DNA of 64,000 bases from Brevundimonas sp. (GCA_046291915.1 JBKBSD010000005.1:98292-162291); one strand, 5' to 3'; positions 1 through 9,759 are shown, counted from the first letter of the stretch. Made by a program: numbers and translations. Notes: generated by a model from the sequence alone, not told the origin.

Positions 1-1
1 C

Positions 2-91
2 CTGACCGACCGGGAGGGCAGGGTGGTCGCCCGCTACGCGCCCCAGGTCGAACCAAAGGCCATTAAGGCCGACATCGAGAAGTTGATCTGA
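2..91 (+). CDS. 3' end of a probable glutathione peroxidase (truncated by window edge)
   Basis: Frame reads LTDREGRVVARYAPQVEPKAIKADIEKLI*, resembling the C-terminus of bacterial GPx proteins; stop lies 2 nt before lpdA ATG. Confidence 0.55.
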   Translation: MTDREGRVVARYAPQVEPKAIKADIEKLI

Positions 92-93
92 CC

Positions 94-1500
94 ATGGCTG
101 CTGAATTCGATCTCGTCATCATCGGTTCGGGCCCGGGCGGCTATGTCGCCGCCATTCGCGCCTCGCAGCTGGGCCAGAAGGTCGCCATCGTCGAGCGCGA
201 GTCGCTGGGCGGCATCTGCCTGAACTGGGGCTGTATCCCCACCAAGGCCCTGCTGAAGTCCGGCGAGAAGTTCGAGAGCCTGTCGCACCTGAAGGACTAC
301 GGCCTGTCGGCGACCGGCGCGTCGTTCGACTTCGACGCCATCATCCAGCGTTCGCGCGGCGTGGCGGCGACGATGAACAAGGGCGTCGCCTTCCTGATGA
401 AGAAGCACAAGGTCGAGGTGATCGAGGGCGAGGCGAAGCTGGAGAAGGCCGCCGGAGCGCCCAAGGTCGTGATCGCCCTGAAGGCCGGCGGTTCGCGCTC
501 GGTCGAGGCCAAGGCGGTCATGCTGGCTGTCGGCGCCCGCGCCCGCGCCCTGCCGCAGATCGGGCTGGAAGCCGACGGTGACAAGATCTGGGCCTATCGC
601 GACGCTCTGGCGCCGAAGAGGCTGCCCAAGACCTTCGTGGTCATCGGATCGGGCGCCATCGGTCTGGAATTCGCGAGCTTCTACAGGGCTTTGGGCTCGG
701 AAGTGACCGTCGTGGAAGCGATCGAGCGCATCATGCCGGTCGAGGATGAAGAGGTCTCCAAGGCCGCCCAGAAGGCGTTCGAAAAGCGCGGCATCAAGTT
801 CCGCGTCGGCGCCAAGGTGACCAAGGTCTCGAAAACAGCGTTGGGCGTGAAGGTCGACGTGGAGATCGGCGGCAAGGCTGAAGCGCTGGAAGCCGAGGTC
901 TGCATCTCGGCCGTGGGCATCACCGCCAACACCGACGGCATCGGTCTGGAGGCGCTGGGCGTCGAGCTGGACCGCGGCCACATCAAGATCGACGGTCACT
1001 GCCAGACCAACGTCAAGGGCCTGTTCGCCATCGGCGACTGCGCCGGCGCGCCCTGGTTGGCCCACAAGGCCTCGCACGAGGGCATCCACGCCGCCGAATA
1101 CATCGCCGGCTACAAGACCCCCAACGTCGTGTCGCCCATCGCCGGCTGCACCTACACCCAGCCGCAGGTCGCCTCGGTCGGGACCACCGAACAGGCCGCC
1201 CGCGCCGAGAAGCGCGAGGTCAAGGTCGGCCGCTTCCCGTTCAAGGTGAACGGCAAGGCCGTCGCCGCCGGCGAGACCGAGGGCTTCGTCAAGACCATCT
1301 TCGACGCGAAGACGGGCGCCCTGATCGGCGCCCACATGATCGGCCACGAGGTGACCGAGATGATCCAGGGCTATGTCACCGCCATCACCCTCGAGGCGAC
1401 GGAAGAAGACATGCACGGCATCGTCTATCCGCACCCGACCATGTCCGAAGCCATGCACGAGGCCCAGCTGGACGCCTACGGGCGGGTGCTGCACATCTAG
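94..1500 (+). CDS. lpdA: Dihydrolipoamide dehydrogenase (E3)
   Basis: GSGPGGYVAAIRA FAD motif, redox CLNWGCIPTK, NAD-binding GSGAIG, C-terminal HPTMSE. Confidence 0.97.
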   Translation: MAAEFDLVIIGSGPGGYVAAIRASQLGQKVAIVERESLGGICLNWGCIPTKALLKSGEKFESLSHLKDYGLSATGASFDFDAIIQRSRGVAATMNKGVAFLMKKHKVEVIEGEAKLEKAAGAPKVVIALKAGGSRSVEAKAVMLAVGARARALPQIGLEADGDKIWAYRDALAPKRLPKTFVVIGSGAIGLEFASFYRALGSEVTVVEAIERIMPVEDEEVSKAAQKAFEKRGIKFRVGAKVTKVSKTALGVKVDVEIGGKAEALEAEVCISAVGITANTDGIGLEALGVELDRGHIKIDGHCQTNVKGLFAIGDCAGAPWLAHKASHEGIHAAEYIAGYKTPNVVSPIAGCTYTQPQVASVGTTEQAARAEKREVKVGRFPFKVNGKAVAAGETEGFVKTIFDAKTGALIGAHMIGHEVTEMIQGYVTAITLEATEEDMHGIVYPHPTMSEAMHEAQLDAYGRVLHI

Positions 1501-1511
1501 GGATCGTTTAC

Positions 1512-1576
1512 GGAGCGCGGACCTTCAGGTCCGCTTGCGCTTGGCGCAGAAAAGCGGACCTGAAGGTCCGCGCTCC
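1512..1576. repeat. REP doublet (REPIN-like): 25-bp perfect inverted repeat, each arm itself a hairpin
   Basis: GGAGCGCGGACCTTCAGGTCCGCTT (1512-1536) and its exact reverse complement (1552-1576), between convergent genes. Confidence 0.8.
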
Positions 1577-1581
1577 ACGTC

Positions 1582-1764
1582 CTAGCGCTTCTTGCCCAGC
1601 TCGGCCGCGATGTCCTTGACCATGCGGCCGGCCTTGCGGTGGGCGGCGGTGATCTGGTCGCGGGTCACGCCCCAGCGCTTCATCCAGTATTCGACGGCCT
1701 GACGCTCGGACAGGTCCAGCCGATCCTTGTCGATGAAGCCGCGCTTGTCCTTGAGACCCGCCAT
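1582..1764 (-). CDS. Small DUF3606-like protein
   Basis: 60 aa, DKDRLDLSERQAVEYWMKRWGVTRDQI pattern; AGGAAAGG upstream. Confidence 0.7.
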   Translation of the reverse strand: MAGLKDKRGFIDKDRLDLSERQAVEYWMKRWGVTRDQITAAHRKAGRMVKDIAAELGKKR

Positions 1765-1857
1765 GTTCGCACCTTTCCTGAGCAGAACAGGCCTACGCCG
1801 ATGCGGCCGGCCAGTGAAGCATCAGGCCTACAACAGCGCCCAATTTCACAATCCCTT

Positions 1858-1885
1858 ACTTCGCATAATATATCTTAGGCGATAA
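1858..1885 (-). other. Chromosomal dif site (XerC/XerD recombination site)
   Basis: Minus strand TTATCGCCTAA-GATATA-TTATGCGAAGT has the 11-6-11 architecture with inner TAA/TTA; AT-rich intergenic patch; flanking gene orientation converges here. Confidence 0.8.
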
Positions 1886-1969
1886 ACGATACCCTATATC
1901 GATATCGCTCCCGATCCGGCTCGAACGCCCTCGCGAGGAAGGATCCCTGACCTGCTTCGCCGTCGATCG

Positions 1970-2839
1970 TCAGCCGCGCGGTTTGCGATCCTGAAGTCGC
2001 GCCGCGAGGCTCGAGGTGTCCCAGCGGGCGCCGCCCAAGGCCTGGACCTCTGAATAGAACTGGTCGACCAGCGCCGTCAGGGCCAGATGGCTGCCGTTGG
2101 CGCGGGCTTCGTCGAGGACGAGACCCAGATCCTTGCGCATCCAGTCGACGGCGAAGCCGAACTCGAACTCGCCCCTGGCCATGGTCTTCCAGCGGTTGTC
2201 CATCTGCCACGACTGGGCCGCGCCCTTGGAGATGGCCTCCAGCACGGCGTCGGTGTCCAAGTCCGCCGACTGGGCGAAATGCACGGCCTCCGCCAGCCCC
2301 TGAACCACGCCCGCGATGCAGATCTGGTTGGCCATCTTGGTTAACTGGCCGGCGCCTGACGCGCCCATATGTTTGACGGCTTTCGAATAGCGCATCAACG
2401 CGGGCTCGACCCTCGACAGGGCGTCGCCGTCGCCGCCGGCCATGACGCTGAGCTGGCCGGTTTCGGCGCCCGCCTGACCGCCGGACACGGGCGCGTCGAT
2501 GAAGAAAGCCCCCTCCTCCGCCGCCCGCGCCGCCATGTCGCGCGCGACCCGGGCCGAGGTGGTGGTGTGATCGACGATGACGGCGCCTTGGGCCAGATTC
2601 GGCAGGGCCTCGGTTACGACCTGACGCACATCGTCGTCATTGCCGACGCACAGGATGAACAGGTCGGCGCCGGCGGCCGCCTCGGCCACCGTGGCGGCGA
2701 AGGTTCCGCCGTTGGCGTCTGCCCAGGCCCGGGCCTTGTCCGGCGAACGGTTGTAGCCGGCGACCGCGTATCCCGCCTTCACCAGATGGCGCGCCATCGG
2801 CGCGCCCATGACCCCGAGGCCGGCGAAACCCGTCTTCAT
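1970..2839 (-). CDS. NAD(P)-dependent oxidoreductase, beta-hydroxyacid dehydrogenase family
   Basis: GFAGLGVMGAPMA, DAPVSGGQAGA, KMANQ motifs. Confidence 0.92.
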   Translation of the reverse strand: MKTGFAGLGVMGAPMARHLVKAGYAVAGYNRSPDKARAWADANGGTFAATVAEAAAGADLFILCVGNDDDVRQVVTEALPNLAQGAVIVDHTTTSARVARDMAARAAEEGAFFIDAPVSGGQAGAETGQLSVMAGGDGDALSRVEPALMRYSKAVKHMGASGAGQLTKMANQICIAGVVQGLAEAVHFAQSADLDTDAVLEAISKGAAQSWQMDNRWKTMARGEFEFGFAVDWMRKDLGLVLDEARANGSHLALTALVDQFYSEVQALGGARWDTSSLAARLQDRKPRG

Positions 2840-3342
2840 GCGTCCGCTCCCAGCGAGCCGTAGCGCCCGCGCCAGTAGGTCAGGGCGTCGCCGTCCACAG
2901 ACGCGGAGAAGGCCTCGACCCGTCCGACGACGATCATATGGTCCCCCATCCGGATGCGGTCATGGATCGCGCATTCGAACCGGGCCAGCGCCTCCGGCAG
3001 GCAGGGCGGACCGTCGGGGCGGCGCTCGAACTCATGCGGCTCCAGCAGGGCGACCCCGCGGGCGAAGCGGGCGGCCTTGTCGCGGTCGGACGCGGGCAGG
3101 ACGTGGACAGCGAAACGTTCCGCGGCGGCGAACACCGGCCAGCGCTCCGAGCGTTCATCGATGCACCACAGCAGCAGGCGTGGCTCGAGGGACACCGAGG
3201 TGAAGGAATTGATGGTCAGGCCCAATGGCCCCTGCGGGCTGTCGGCGGTGACGACGCAGACGCCGGTCGCGAAGGATCCCAGAGCCCGGCGATAGGCCAG
3301 GGTCTCGTCGGTCGGATGTTCCGGGGGCGGTTCGAGCGTCAC
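2836..3342 (-). CDS. Flavin reductase family protein
   Basis: RRALGSFATGVCVVT, NSFTSVSLEP, GDH motifs; 4-nt overlap with downstream gene. Confidence 0.9.
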   Translation of the reverse strand: MTLEPPPEHPTDETLAYRRALGSFATGVCVVTADSPQGPLGLTINSFTSVSLEPRLLLWCIDERSERWPVFAAAERFAVHVLPASDRDKAARFARGVALLEPHEFERRPDGPPCLPEALARFECAIHDRIRMGDHMIVVGRVEAFSASVDGDALTYWRGRYGSLGADA

Positions 3343-3469
3343 CTCCCCGACCTACGGTCCCCGGCCCGGCAAGACAAGCGCGGTCTGGCCCTGAAACGAT
3401 ATGGGAAACGTCGCCTTAACCCTGTTGCGCCAAGGATCGGTCAGTTTCCTGTCCGAAGGCCGTCTCACC

Positions 3470-4372
3470 ATGTCCATGAGCGATCGTCCGATCCTCATCA
3501 AGAAGATCAAGAAGGGTGGCCACGACGGCCACCACGGCGGCGCCTGGAAGGTCGCCTACGCCGACTTCGTGACCGCGATGATGGCCTTCTTCCTGCTGAT
3601 GTGGCTGATCAACACGACCGACCCGGAGCAGAAGAAGGGCATCGCCGAATATTTCGCCCCGGCCAGCGTGTCGGCGACGACGTCGGGGTCCGGCGGTATT
3701 CTGGGCGGCACCTCGCTGGGCGATGACGGTCCCAAATCCTCGGGCTCGAACTCGGTGATCACCCAGCTGGCCTCGGAAGCGCCGCAGGATCCGTCGCAGC
3801 AGGTGGGCCAGAGCTCCGACCTGACCGGCGCCAGCGAGGCCCAGCTGCGCCAGGAGATCGCCAACCGCGAGGCCGCGGACTTCGCCTCGGCCGCCGAATC
3901 CCTGCGCCAGGCCATGCAGTCGATGCCGGAGCTGGCGGAGCTGTCCAAGCAACTGATCATCGACCAGACGCCGGAAGGCCTGCGAATCCAGCTGGTCGAT
4001 CAGGAAGGACGCTCGATGTTCGAGCAGAACTCGGCCCGGCCGAACGCGCGCGCCCAGGTGCTGCTGCGGGCGGTGGCGCGGGTGATCAACCAGTTGCCGA
4101 ACCGGATTTCCGTCACCGGCCACACCTCGGCGGCGCCGGGGTCGAACCGCGCCACCGGTCCCAACGACTGGGGCCTGTCGTCCGAGCGCGCCAACGCCTC
4201 GCGTCTGGTGCTCCAGGCCGCGGGCGTCGACGCGGACCGGGTCTATCAGGTCTCGGGCAAGGCGGGCTCCGATCCCCTGTACCCTGACGATCCCACGCTG
4301 GCGGGCAACCGGCGGATCGCCATCGTGCTACTGCGCGAGGCGCCGGTCCTGCCCACGGACACCAGCCTGTGA
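3470..4372 (+). CDS. motB: Flagellar stator protein MotB
   Basis: HGGAWKVAYADFVTAMMAFFLLMWL TM motif, OmpA-like GHT...NWLSSERA-type segment and NRRI; start placed at ATG 3470 (3476 possible). Confidence 0.95.
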   Translation: MSMSDRPILIKKIKKGGHDGHHGGAWKVAYADFVTAMMAFFLLMWLINTTDPEQKKGIAEYFAPASVSATTSGSGGILGGTSLGDDGPKSSGSNSVITQLASEAPQDPSQQVGQSSDLTGASEAQLRQEIANREAADFASAAESLRQAMQSMPELAELSKQLIIDQTPEGLRIQLVDQEGRSMFEQNSARPNARAQVLLRAVARVINQLPNRISVTGHTSAAPGSNRATGPNDWGLSSERANASRLVLQAAGVDADRVYQVSGKAGSDPLYPDDPTLAGNRRIAIVLLREAPVLPTDTSL

Positions 4373-4499
4373 GCCGCCGCCTGTCGCGCCGGGTTCGGGC
4401 GACGGGCGAACGGGCTTGCGTCGTGCTGCAATGCAGCGCCAGATACGGACATGAGTGGCTTGCCGGAATTCGGGCGCGTTCAGGTGCGGAGATGACGCC

Positions 4500-5261
4500 G
4501 TGACCTTCGTTCCCCAGCGCCAGCTGCGCTTCTACATGACCTCGGTGGCCCCCTGCCCCTACCTGCCCGGCCAGACCGAGCGGAAGGTGTTCGCCAACCT
4601 GCCGTTCAGCGACGGGGCCCACGTCAATGACGAGCTGACCCAGGCCGGCTTCCGCCGCAGCCAGAACATCGCCTACCGGCCGGCCTGCGAAGCCTGCGAG
4701 GCCTGCGTCTCGGTGCGCGTGCCTGTGCCGGAGTTCGTCTTCTCGCGCTCGCAGCGGCGCATCCTGAAGCGTAACGAGGACCTGTCGCGCGATCTGGTCG
4801 AGGCGGAGGCCACGACCGAGCAGTTTGAGCTGCTGCGTCGCTATCTGGGCGCGCGCCACGCCGACGGCGGCATGAACGGCATGGGCTGGGCCGACTATGT
4901 CGCCATGGTCGAGGACACGGCGGTCCGCACCCATCTGATCGAATACCGGACGCCGTCCGCCGACGGCGGGCCGGGCGATCTGGTCGGGGTTTGCCTGACC
5001 GACCTGCTCTCCGACGGCCTGTCGATGGTCTACAGCTTCTTCGATCCGACCATGGAGGATCGCAGCCCGGGCCGGTTCGCGATCCTGGACCACATCCGTC
5101 AGGCCGCGGCCGTCGCCCTGCCCTATCTCTACCTCGGCTATTGGGTCCGGGGCTCGCGGAAGATGGACTACAAGGCCTCGTTCCGACCGATGGAGCAGCT
5201 GACCCGGCTGGGCTGGGAGCGGCTGACGGATCAGCCGGTGACGGGCACCGAGGTTCCGTAG
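4500..5261 (+). CDS. bpt: Aspartate/glutamate leucyltransferase (ATE-like, N-degron pathway)
   Basis: PCPYLPG, GFRRSQNIAYRPAC..C.AC, YLYLGYWV..S.KMDYK; GTG start inferred. Confidence 0.9.
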   Translation: MTFVPQRQLRFYMTSVAPCPYLPGQTERKVFANLPFSDGAHVNDELTQAGFRRSQNIAYRPACEACEACVSVRVPVPEFVFSRSQRRILKRNEDLSRDLVEAEATTEQFELLRRYLGARHADGGMNGMGWADYVAMVEDTAVRTHLIEYRTPSADGGPGDLVGVCLTDLLSDGLSMVYSFFDPTMEDRSPGRFAILDHIRQAAAVALPYLYLGYWVRGSRKMDYKASFRPMEQLTRLGWERLTDQPVTGTEVP

Positions 5262-6265
5262 TCCGCCGACCGGGTCTGCGCCTCGCCGTCCCAGAGGCCG
5301 GGATCCCGGCCGCCGCCGAACTTCACCAGGGCGTCGACCCGCTTCTGGATCGGCGGGTGGCTGGCGAACAGGCCTTCCAGCCCCACGCCGTCCGGCTGGT
5401 TGTCCAGGAACAGCTGTTGCAGCTCGTCCGGACCCTTGAGGCTGGAGCGGCCCTCGACCTTGCGCAGGGCCGAGATCATGGCGTCGGGGTTCTTGGTCAG
5501 CTCCACCGCACCGGCGTCGGCCACATACTCGCGCGTCCGGGACAGCATCATGCGGATGACGATGGCCAGGGCGAAGCCGATCACCGCGAAGGCGATGCCG
5601 ATCAGGATCAGCGGCATGGCGTTCTTGTTGTCGTCGCGCTTGCGTCCGCCACCCGAGTAGAGCAGCGCCCGGAACACCATTTCCGCGATCACGCTGATGA
5701 TGCCCGCGAAAATCGAGGCGATCACCATGGTCCGCACGTCCTTGTTGATGACGTGGGTCAGTTCGTGGGCCAGCACGGCCTCAAGCTCGTCGCGGGACAG
5801 GGTCTGCACCAGTCCGCGCGTGACGGTGATGCTGTACTGCCCCTCATGCAGGCCCGTGGCGAAGGCGTTCAGGCTGTCGTTGTCGATCACCCGCAGGCTC
5901 GGCGTGCGCAGGCCCCGCGAGATGGCCAGGTTCTCGAGCAGATTATAGAGCTCCGGCTCGGTCCGGCGCTCGACCTTTCGCGCGCCGGTCAGGGCGTCGA
6001 CCATGGCCTGGCTGCCGAAATAGGCCACGGCGAACCATATGGCGGCGATGCCGAGGGCGAGCGGGATGGTCGCCCCCAGCCATGAGGCCGCCAGGGCCAT
6101 GTCGTCGCCCAGCCCCCTGCCCGTGCCCGGCAGGAAGCCCAGCCCCATCAGGATCAGCTGAACGCCATAGACGATGCCGATCAGCAGGATGGGGAAGGTC
6201 ACCAGCAGGATGACCGACCGCGTATTGTTCGCCCAGATATGGGTCTGGAGCCCGACGGCGCCCAT
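5231..6265 (-). CDS. M48 family (HtpX-like) zinc metalloprotease
   Basis: NAFATG, HELTH zinc motif, SRTREYVAD, FASHPP; TM segments; follows lemA. Confidence 0.92.
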   Translation of the reverse strand: MGAVGLQTHIWANNTRSVILLVTFPILLIGIVYGVQLILMGLGFLPGTGRGLGDDMALAASWLGATIPLALGIAAIWFAVAYFGSQAMVDALTGARKVERRTEPELYNLLENLAISRGLRTPSLRVIDNDSLNAFATGLHEGQYSITVTRGLVQTLSRDELEAVLAHELTHVINKDVRTMVIASIFAGIISVIAEMVFRALLYSGGGRKRDDNKNAMPLILIGIAFAVIGFALAIVIRMMLSRTREYVADAGAVELTKNPDAMISALRKVEGRSSLKGPDELQQLFLDNQPDGVGLEGLFASHPPIQKRVDALVKFGGGRDPGLWDGEAQTRSADYGTSVPVTG

Positions 6266-6274
6266 GATCGGTTC

Positions 6275-6844
6275 TTAGAACTTCACCTGCGGGGGGGCGG
6301 CGTTCATGGCGGCGCGATCGCCCTCGCCCACGTCGAAGAAGGGCTTGTCCGAACCGAAGCCGAACAGGCCGGCGAACAGGACGGTCGGGAACTGGCGACG
6401 AACGGCGTTGAACTCGCTCACGGCGCTGTTGAAGAAGCGGCGCGCGGCGGCCAGCTTGTTCTCGATGTCCGACAGTTCGGCCGAGAGCTGCTGGAAGTTC
6501 GTGTTGGCCTTCAGGTCCGGATAGGCTTCCGAGACGGCGAACAGACGGCCAAGCGCGCCGGTCAGCATGTTCTCGGCCTGCACCTTGTCGTTGACCGAGG
6601 TGGCGCCGGCGGCGGCGGCGCGCGCCTGGGTCACGGCGTCCAGGGTGCCGCGCTCGTGCGTGGCGTAGCCCTTCACCGTCTCGACCAGATTCGGGATCAG
6701 GTCCTGACGTTGTTTCAGCTGCACATCGATGTCGGCGAACGACTGATCCGCGCGTTGATCCAGCGCGACCAGCTTGTTGTAGCCGCCGACGACGACAAAC
6801 AGCAGGACGACGACAACGACGCCGATGATGATCCAGGTCAGCAT
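6275..6844 (-). CDS. lemA: LemA family protein
   Basis: N-terminal TM, IDVQLKQRQDLIPNLVETVKGYA, EAYPDLKAN; ATG at 6844. Confidence 0.93.
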   Translation of the reverse strand: MLTWIIIGVVVVVLLFVVVGGYNKLVALDQRADQSFADIDVQLKQRQDLIPNLVETVKGYATHERGTLDAVTQARAAAAGATSVNDKVQAENMLTGALGRLFAVSEAYPDLKANTNFQQLSAELSDIENKLAAARRFFNSAVSEFNAVRRQFPTVLFAGLFGFGSDKPFFDVGEGDRAAMNAAPPQVKF

Positions 6845-6934
6845 TTGCTTCTCCAACCGGCCGGATCCCCGGCCTTTGCGTGATTATCGCGCGATATGAC
6901 CGCGCTCGATAATGAAATCGGCGTCACCTGCGCG

Positions 6935-9136
6935 TCAGCGGAATTTCCGCATGCCGCGCGGGCCTTGGCGACCGGTCTGGGCCCGCTTGCCCAGCCAGTC
7001 CTTCCAGTCGGGCCAGTTGCGGCGCCGGCCCCCGCCGTCGGCCCATTCCGGTCCCTGTTCGGCGTTGAACACCGCGACGTCGACCAGCCCGCCCTGTTTG
7101 TAGGACTGCAGCTTGACCCCCTTGCCGCGGCCCATCTCGGGCAGTTCGGCGACGGGGAAGATCAGCGCCTTGATGTTCTCGCCGATGGTCGCGACGTGGT
7201 CGCCCGTGACCCGGATCGCCGCCAGCATGTCGCCGTTCAGCACCTGTTTGCCGCCCCGCTTCTGCGCCAGCAGATCGTCTTCGGGGGCGATGAAGCCGTA
7301 GCCGGCCTTCGACGCGATCAGCAGCTTTCCGCCCGGCTGGTGGGCCAGGACGTTGATGATGTCGGCCTTTTCGTCCAGCTCGATCATCAGGCGAAGCGGC
7401 TCTCCATGCCCGCGACCGGAGGCCAGCTTGTCGGCGCCGATGGTGAAGATGCGGCCATCGGAGGCGGCGACCAGAATCTTGTCGGTCGTGAAGGCCGGGA
7501 CCAGGAAGGCGAGGCTGTCGCCCTCCTTGAACTTCAGCTCCGACGGATCCTCGACCTTGCCCCTGGCGGCGCGGATCCAGCCGCGCTCCGACAGGATGAC
7601 GGTGATCGCCTCGCGCGGGATGAAGGCCTCGACCGGAGCGAAGGCCGAGCTGTCGACCGCTTCGGCGATGGTGGTGCGGCGGGGCGAGATCAGGGCCTTG
7701 CGAACGGCCTCCAGGTCCTTGCCGACCTGTTTCCACTGCTTGGCCGGCGACGAAGACAGTGACTGCAGCGCCGCAAGTTCTTCGGCCAGCGCCTTGTATT
7801 CATTCTCGATCGCCATTTCCTCGATCCGCGCCAGCTGACGCAGGCGGGTGTCAAGGATGTAGTCGGCCTGCATCTCGGTCAGGCCGAAGCGGGCGATCAG
7901 GACGGCCTTGGGCTGCTCCTCCTCGCGGACGATCCGGATGACCTCGTCGAGGTTCAGGAAGACGATCCGCAGGCCTTCCAACAGGTGCAGTCGCTTCTCG
8001 ACCCGCTCGATCCGCCATTGGGCCCGGCGGACCAGAACCTCGCGGCGGTGATCCAGGAAGGCCTGCAAACAGGCTTTGAGGCCCATGACGCGCGGCGTGT
8101 TGGTGGCGTCCAGAACGTTCATATTGACCGGGAAGCGAACTTCCAGGTCGGAAAGCTTGAACAGGCTTTCCATCAGAATTTCAGCTTCTACTGTCCGGGA
8201 CTTCGGCTCAATGATGAGGCGAATGTCCTCGGCGGACTCGTCGCGAACATCGCCCAGCAACGGGGCCTTCTTGTTTTCGATCAGGTCGGCGAGGTCGGCG
8301 ATCAGCTTGGACTTCTGCACCTGATAGGGCATCTCGGTGACGACGATCTGATAGCCGCCGCGCTCCAGCGGCACCCTCTCCCAGCGCGCGCGCAGCCGCA
8401 CCCCGCCCCGGCCCGTCTCATAGGCCTCGAGGATGGAGGCGTGGCCTTCGACGGCGACGCCGCCGGTGGGGAAGTCAGGGCCCGGGACGATCTGGGCCAG
8501 TTCGGCGGTCGTGGCCTCGGGCCGCTCCAGCAGCAGGTGGCAGGCGTCGATCAGTTCGCCGACGTTGTGCGGAGGGATCGAGGTGGCCATGCCGACGGCG
8601 ATGCCCGAGGAGCCGTTGGCCAGCAGGTTGGGGAAGCCGGCGGGCAGGACGATCGGCTCTTCGTCCTGATCGTCATAGGTGGGGCGGAAGTCGACCGAGT
8701 CCTGGTCGATGCCCTCCATCAGCAGGACGGCGGCGGGCGTCAGCTTGCACTCGGTGTAGCGCATGGCCGCGGCGTTATCGCCGTCGATGTTGCCGAAATT
8801 CCCCTGCCCGTCGACCAGCGGATAGCGCTGGGCGAAGTCCTGGGCCAGGCGCACCAGGGCGTCATAGATCGAGGCGTCGCCGTGCGGGTGATAGGTGCCC
8901 ATCACCTCGCCGACGACCTTGGCGCATTTGCGCGCCGCGGCCTGCGGGTTCAGGCGCATCTGGTGCATGGCGTACATGATGCGCCGGTGCACGGGCTTGA
9001 AGCCGTCGCGGACGTCCGGAAGGGCCCGGTTGGTGATGGTCGACAGGGCGTAGGCGAGATAGCGCCTGGACAGCGCCTCGCTCATCGGCTCGTCAACGAT
9101 GCGGCCGCCCTCGGGCGGCGGGGTGTGAACGGTCAT
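6935..9136 (-). CDS. parC: DNA topoisomerase IV subunit A
   Basis: [31 protein letters not shown] catalytic Tyr, short C-terminal domain; ATG at 9136 (track ORF extension is upstream noise). Confidence 0.95.
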   Translation of the reverse strand: MTVHTPPPEGGRIVDEPMSEALSRRYLAYALSTITNRALPDVRDGFKPVHRRIMYAMHQMRLNPQAAARKCAKVVGEVMGTYHPHGDASIYDALVRLAQDFAQRYPLVDGQGNFGNIDGDNAAAMRYTECKLTPAAVLLMEGIDQDSVDFRPTYDDQDEEPIVLPAGFPNLLANGSSGIAVGMATSIPPHNVGELIDACHLLLERPEATTAELAQIVPGPDFPTGGVAVEGHASILEAYETGRGGVRLRARWERVPLERGGYQIVVTEMPYQVQKSKLIADLADLIENKKAPLLGDVRDESAEDIRLIIEPKSRTVEAEILMESLFKLSDLEVRFPVNMNVLDATNTPRVMGLKACLQAFLDHRREVLVRRAQWRIERVEKRLHLLEGLRIVFLNLDEVIRIVREEEQPKAVLIARFGLTEMQADYILDTRLRQLARIEEMAIENEYKALAEELAALQSLSSSPAKQWKQVGKDLEAVRKALISPRRTTIAEAVDSSAFAPVEAFIPREAITVILSERGWIRAARGKVEDPSELKFKEGDSLAFLVPAFTTDKILVAASDGRIFTIGADKLASGRGHGEPLRLMIELDEKADIINVLAHQPGGKLLIASKAGYGFIAPEDDLLAQKRGGKQVLNGDMLAAIRVTGDHVATIGENIKALIFPVAELPEMGRGKGVKLQSYKQGGLVDVAVFNAEQGPEWADGGGRRRNWPDWKDWLGKRAQTGRQGPRGMRKFR

Positions 9137-9202
9137 GGGTTCCGAATCGGCAATCTGAACCCACAAGTCTAGCGGCCAGAGTCCGGTCCGGCCGGAATTT
9201 AG

Positions 9203-9225
9203 CGGACATAACGGACATAACGGAC
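9203..9225. repeat. Short tandem repeat CGGACATAA x2.5 upstream of parC
   Basis: CGGACATAA CGGACATAA CGGAC read directly. Confidence 0.8.
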
Positions 9226-9249
9226 TCTGTGTCCACAGCCACGGGGGCT

Positions 9250-9759
9250 TCAGCCATCGATATCCTCCGGGCGCGGCCGCTCGTGCATCATTTCGGCGCG
9301 GGCATAGTCCGCCCGTCGGTAGTGGGGCTGCAGGTCGCCGCGATGGGCGCCCAGCGCCGTGCTCAACCGGGCGACCCTCAGCCAAGCTGCGGCCTGGGCC
9401 GGGCCGTCCAGCGCGGCGCACTCGGCCGCGCGGCGGAAGGCGAAGCGGCACAGGTCGTTTACGTCCGGCATGAACAGCAGGTCATGGAGATCTTCGCCGT
9501 TCAGCTCGTCGATCTGCTCAAGGGCCGGATAGACGACATGCTCCGCCGCCCTGCGATCACGGGGGCCGGACCGAAGAGCGTCGACGTCAGCCTCCCGTCG
9601 CCAGTGCTCCAACGCAGCGCGACGACGGACGCTACGGTCCGCGACGCCGTAGCGTTCGGCCAGAACAGGGGTGGACTCGCCCGCGCGATAGTCGGCGGCG
9701 ATGGCGGCCCAGATCTCTTCAGGGCGGCGGGGACGGTCGGTCAAGGGCGGCTGTGTCAT
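9250..9759 (-). CDS. Hypothetical protein with N-terminal HTH-like motif
   Basis: WAAIAADYRAGESTPVLAERYGVADRSVRRRA..EHW; GAGGG upstream of ATG. Confidence 0.65.
   Translation of the reverse strand: MTQPPLTDRPRRPEEIWAAIAADYRAGESTPVLAERYGVADRSVRRRAALEHWRREADVDALRSGPRDRRAAEHVVYPALEQIDELNGEDLHDLLFMPDVNDLCRFAFRRAAECAALDGPAQAAAWLRVARLSTALGAHRGDLQPHYRRADYARAEMMHERPRPEDIDG

Noticed and set aside
34-1494. 486-aa minus ORF
   Set aside because: Antisense to lpdA
3414-3431. Possible CtrA site upstream of motB
   Set aside because: Only a half site (CCTTAAC); plausible but not supportable from sequence alone
6883-6913. Imperfect inverted repeat ATTATCG...CGATAAT between parC and lemA
   Set aside because: Could be a weak terminator or operator, but there is no U-tract or second copy to support a call
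9137-9451. N-terminal extension of parC in the ORF track
   Set aside because: Runs through the promoter region and a neighbouring gene; ParC-like sequence begins near ATG 9136
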